The notes under the pieces: model-generated
Told to the model about the DNA's origin: nothing
What the model saw: only the letters and a program-made list of their open reading frames with translations
Databases searched by the model: none
Part shown: positions 63,101-64,000 of the stretch, piece by piece
Layout of the letters: every line of letters starts with the position of its first letter
How positions within the stretch are numbered: the stretch's first letter is position 1
From: Ophelia neglecta
Taxonomy: Eukaryota
Assembly (NCBI GenBank): GCA_965285935.1
Contig: OZ260664.1
Span: forward strand, 31,744,001 to 31,808,000
Length of the DNA stretch: 64,000 bases
Direction of reading: 5' to 3'
Position numbers and translations under genes: made by a program

Positions 63101-64000
63101 AGGCTTAAACTTTTATTTTTAATTATCACCAGATACAGTGTGGATATTGTTTACTTGTTTAGGGTAAGGTTCAATCACTTTTTACCTGGCAAAGAGGTAA
63201 AGAAACTTGTTCTTGGCAGCCCTCCCTCTTGACTCGGCCCTTTTTAGTCAATGAGTTCTATATAATGGCTGAAGAAATTTGCTAAAAGATTTTATTTATA
63301 ATTAATTAAAGTGTTTTTATCAACAAATAAATGGCAAACTATCACCTGAAAGATACATTTCTCCTTGAATTTTTAGAGTATTTACACTATATGTGTTAAC
63401 CGGAATGCTTTGGATTTGCATAAAAAATCAATAAAATACTATCAGATGGACGTCTTAAATGTATTTAGTTTTCTACATAACACTGATTGGAATTAGTAAT
63501 ATTAAGTTGATGACCCTCCCTGAGGATCCGATGTGTCGTGTGGGTCTTGTCAAACATTCATCTACCATCTAGTGCCCTTTTTTTTACAAAGCTCTCAAGG
63601 CTAGTAATATCAAAGGTATAATCCTTGTAGTGGAGTGTGAGCACACTCAAGGCCCTAACTGGCCCTGTTACCTCCGAGCCTGGCTTCTTCCGATGTTGTG
63701 TGTGCCATGTACCAAATAGCTCCCCATAGTCTCTATATATGTATGTATATGAACAGAGAAATATAATTGCTTCGGATTGCTTTTGCCCGGAGGTCATTTT
63801 TAGCAGTTTATGCTGTGTGACAGTCGTTTTAGAGATGTACAGTGGCCACTTTGTTCAATATTTAGGACAATGGAGCTATTTGAGGTGGCTCCGGACACAA
63901 ACTTTGACATTGGTCTGGGTATTTACATTTGATTTACTCTATAGTTTGGTTAGTGCATGCCTGAATCAATGGGGTCCAGTACCAGAGCTCTTACCATTAA

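Overview
AT-rich, CpG-depleted animal genomic DNA, most like a marine invertebrate (lophotrochozoan-type) intronic or intergenic region; nothing prokaryotic and no CRISPR. The only convincing protein-coding sequence is at the left edge: the 5' half of a young, GC-rich, minus-strand tyrosine-recombinase (DIRS-order, Ngaro-like) retrotransposon. It has an internal TATA/Inr promoter, an intact 484-aa gag-like ORF1 (SAM-like domain, CCCH zinc finger) and the start of an ATG-less RT ORF joined to ORF1 by an in-phase A_AAA_AAC -1 slippery site. Next to it lies a probable very old Gypsy remnant (~2.4-5.6 kb). The rest holds a tRNA-derived SINE, two copies of a TA-flanked MITE, LINE tails, about 14 unrelated minisatellites (many with periods that are multiples of 18 bp), about 30 copies of TACATGTA (possible Tc1/mariner excision footprints), and several CpG-retaining, motif-dense patches that may be regulatory. 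No host gene could be identified with confidence; almost all short ORFs in the track are chance or repeat-derived. All counts were made by eye.
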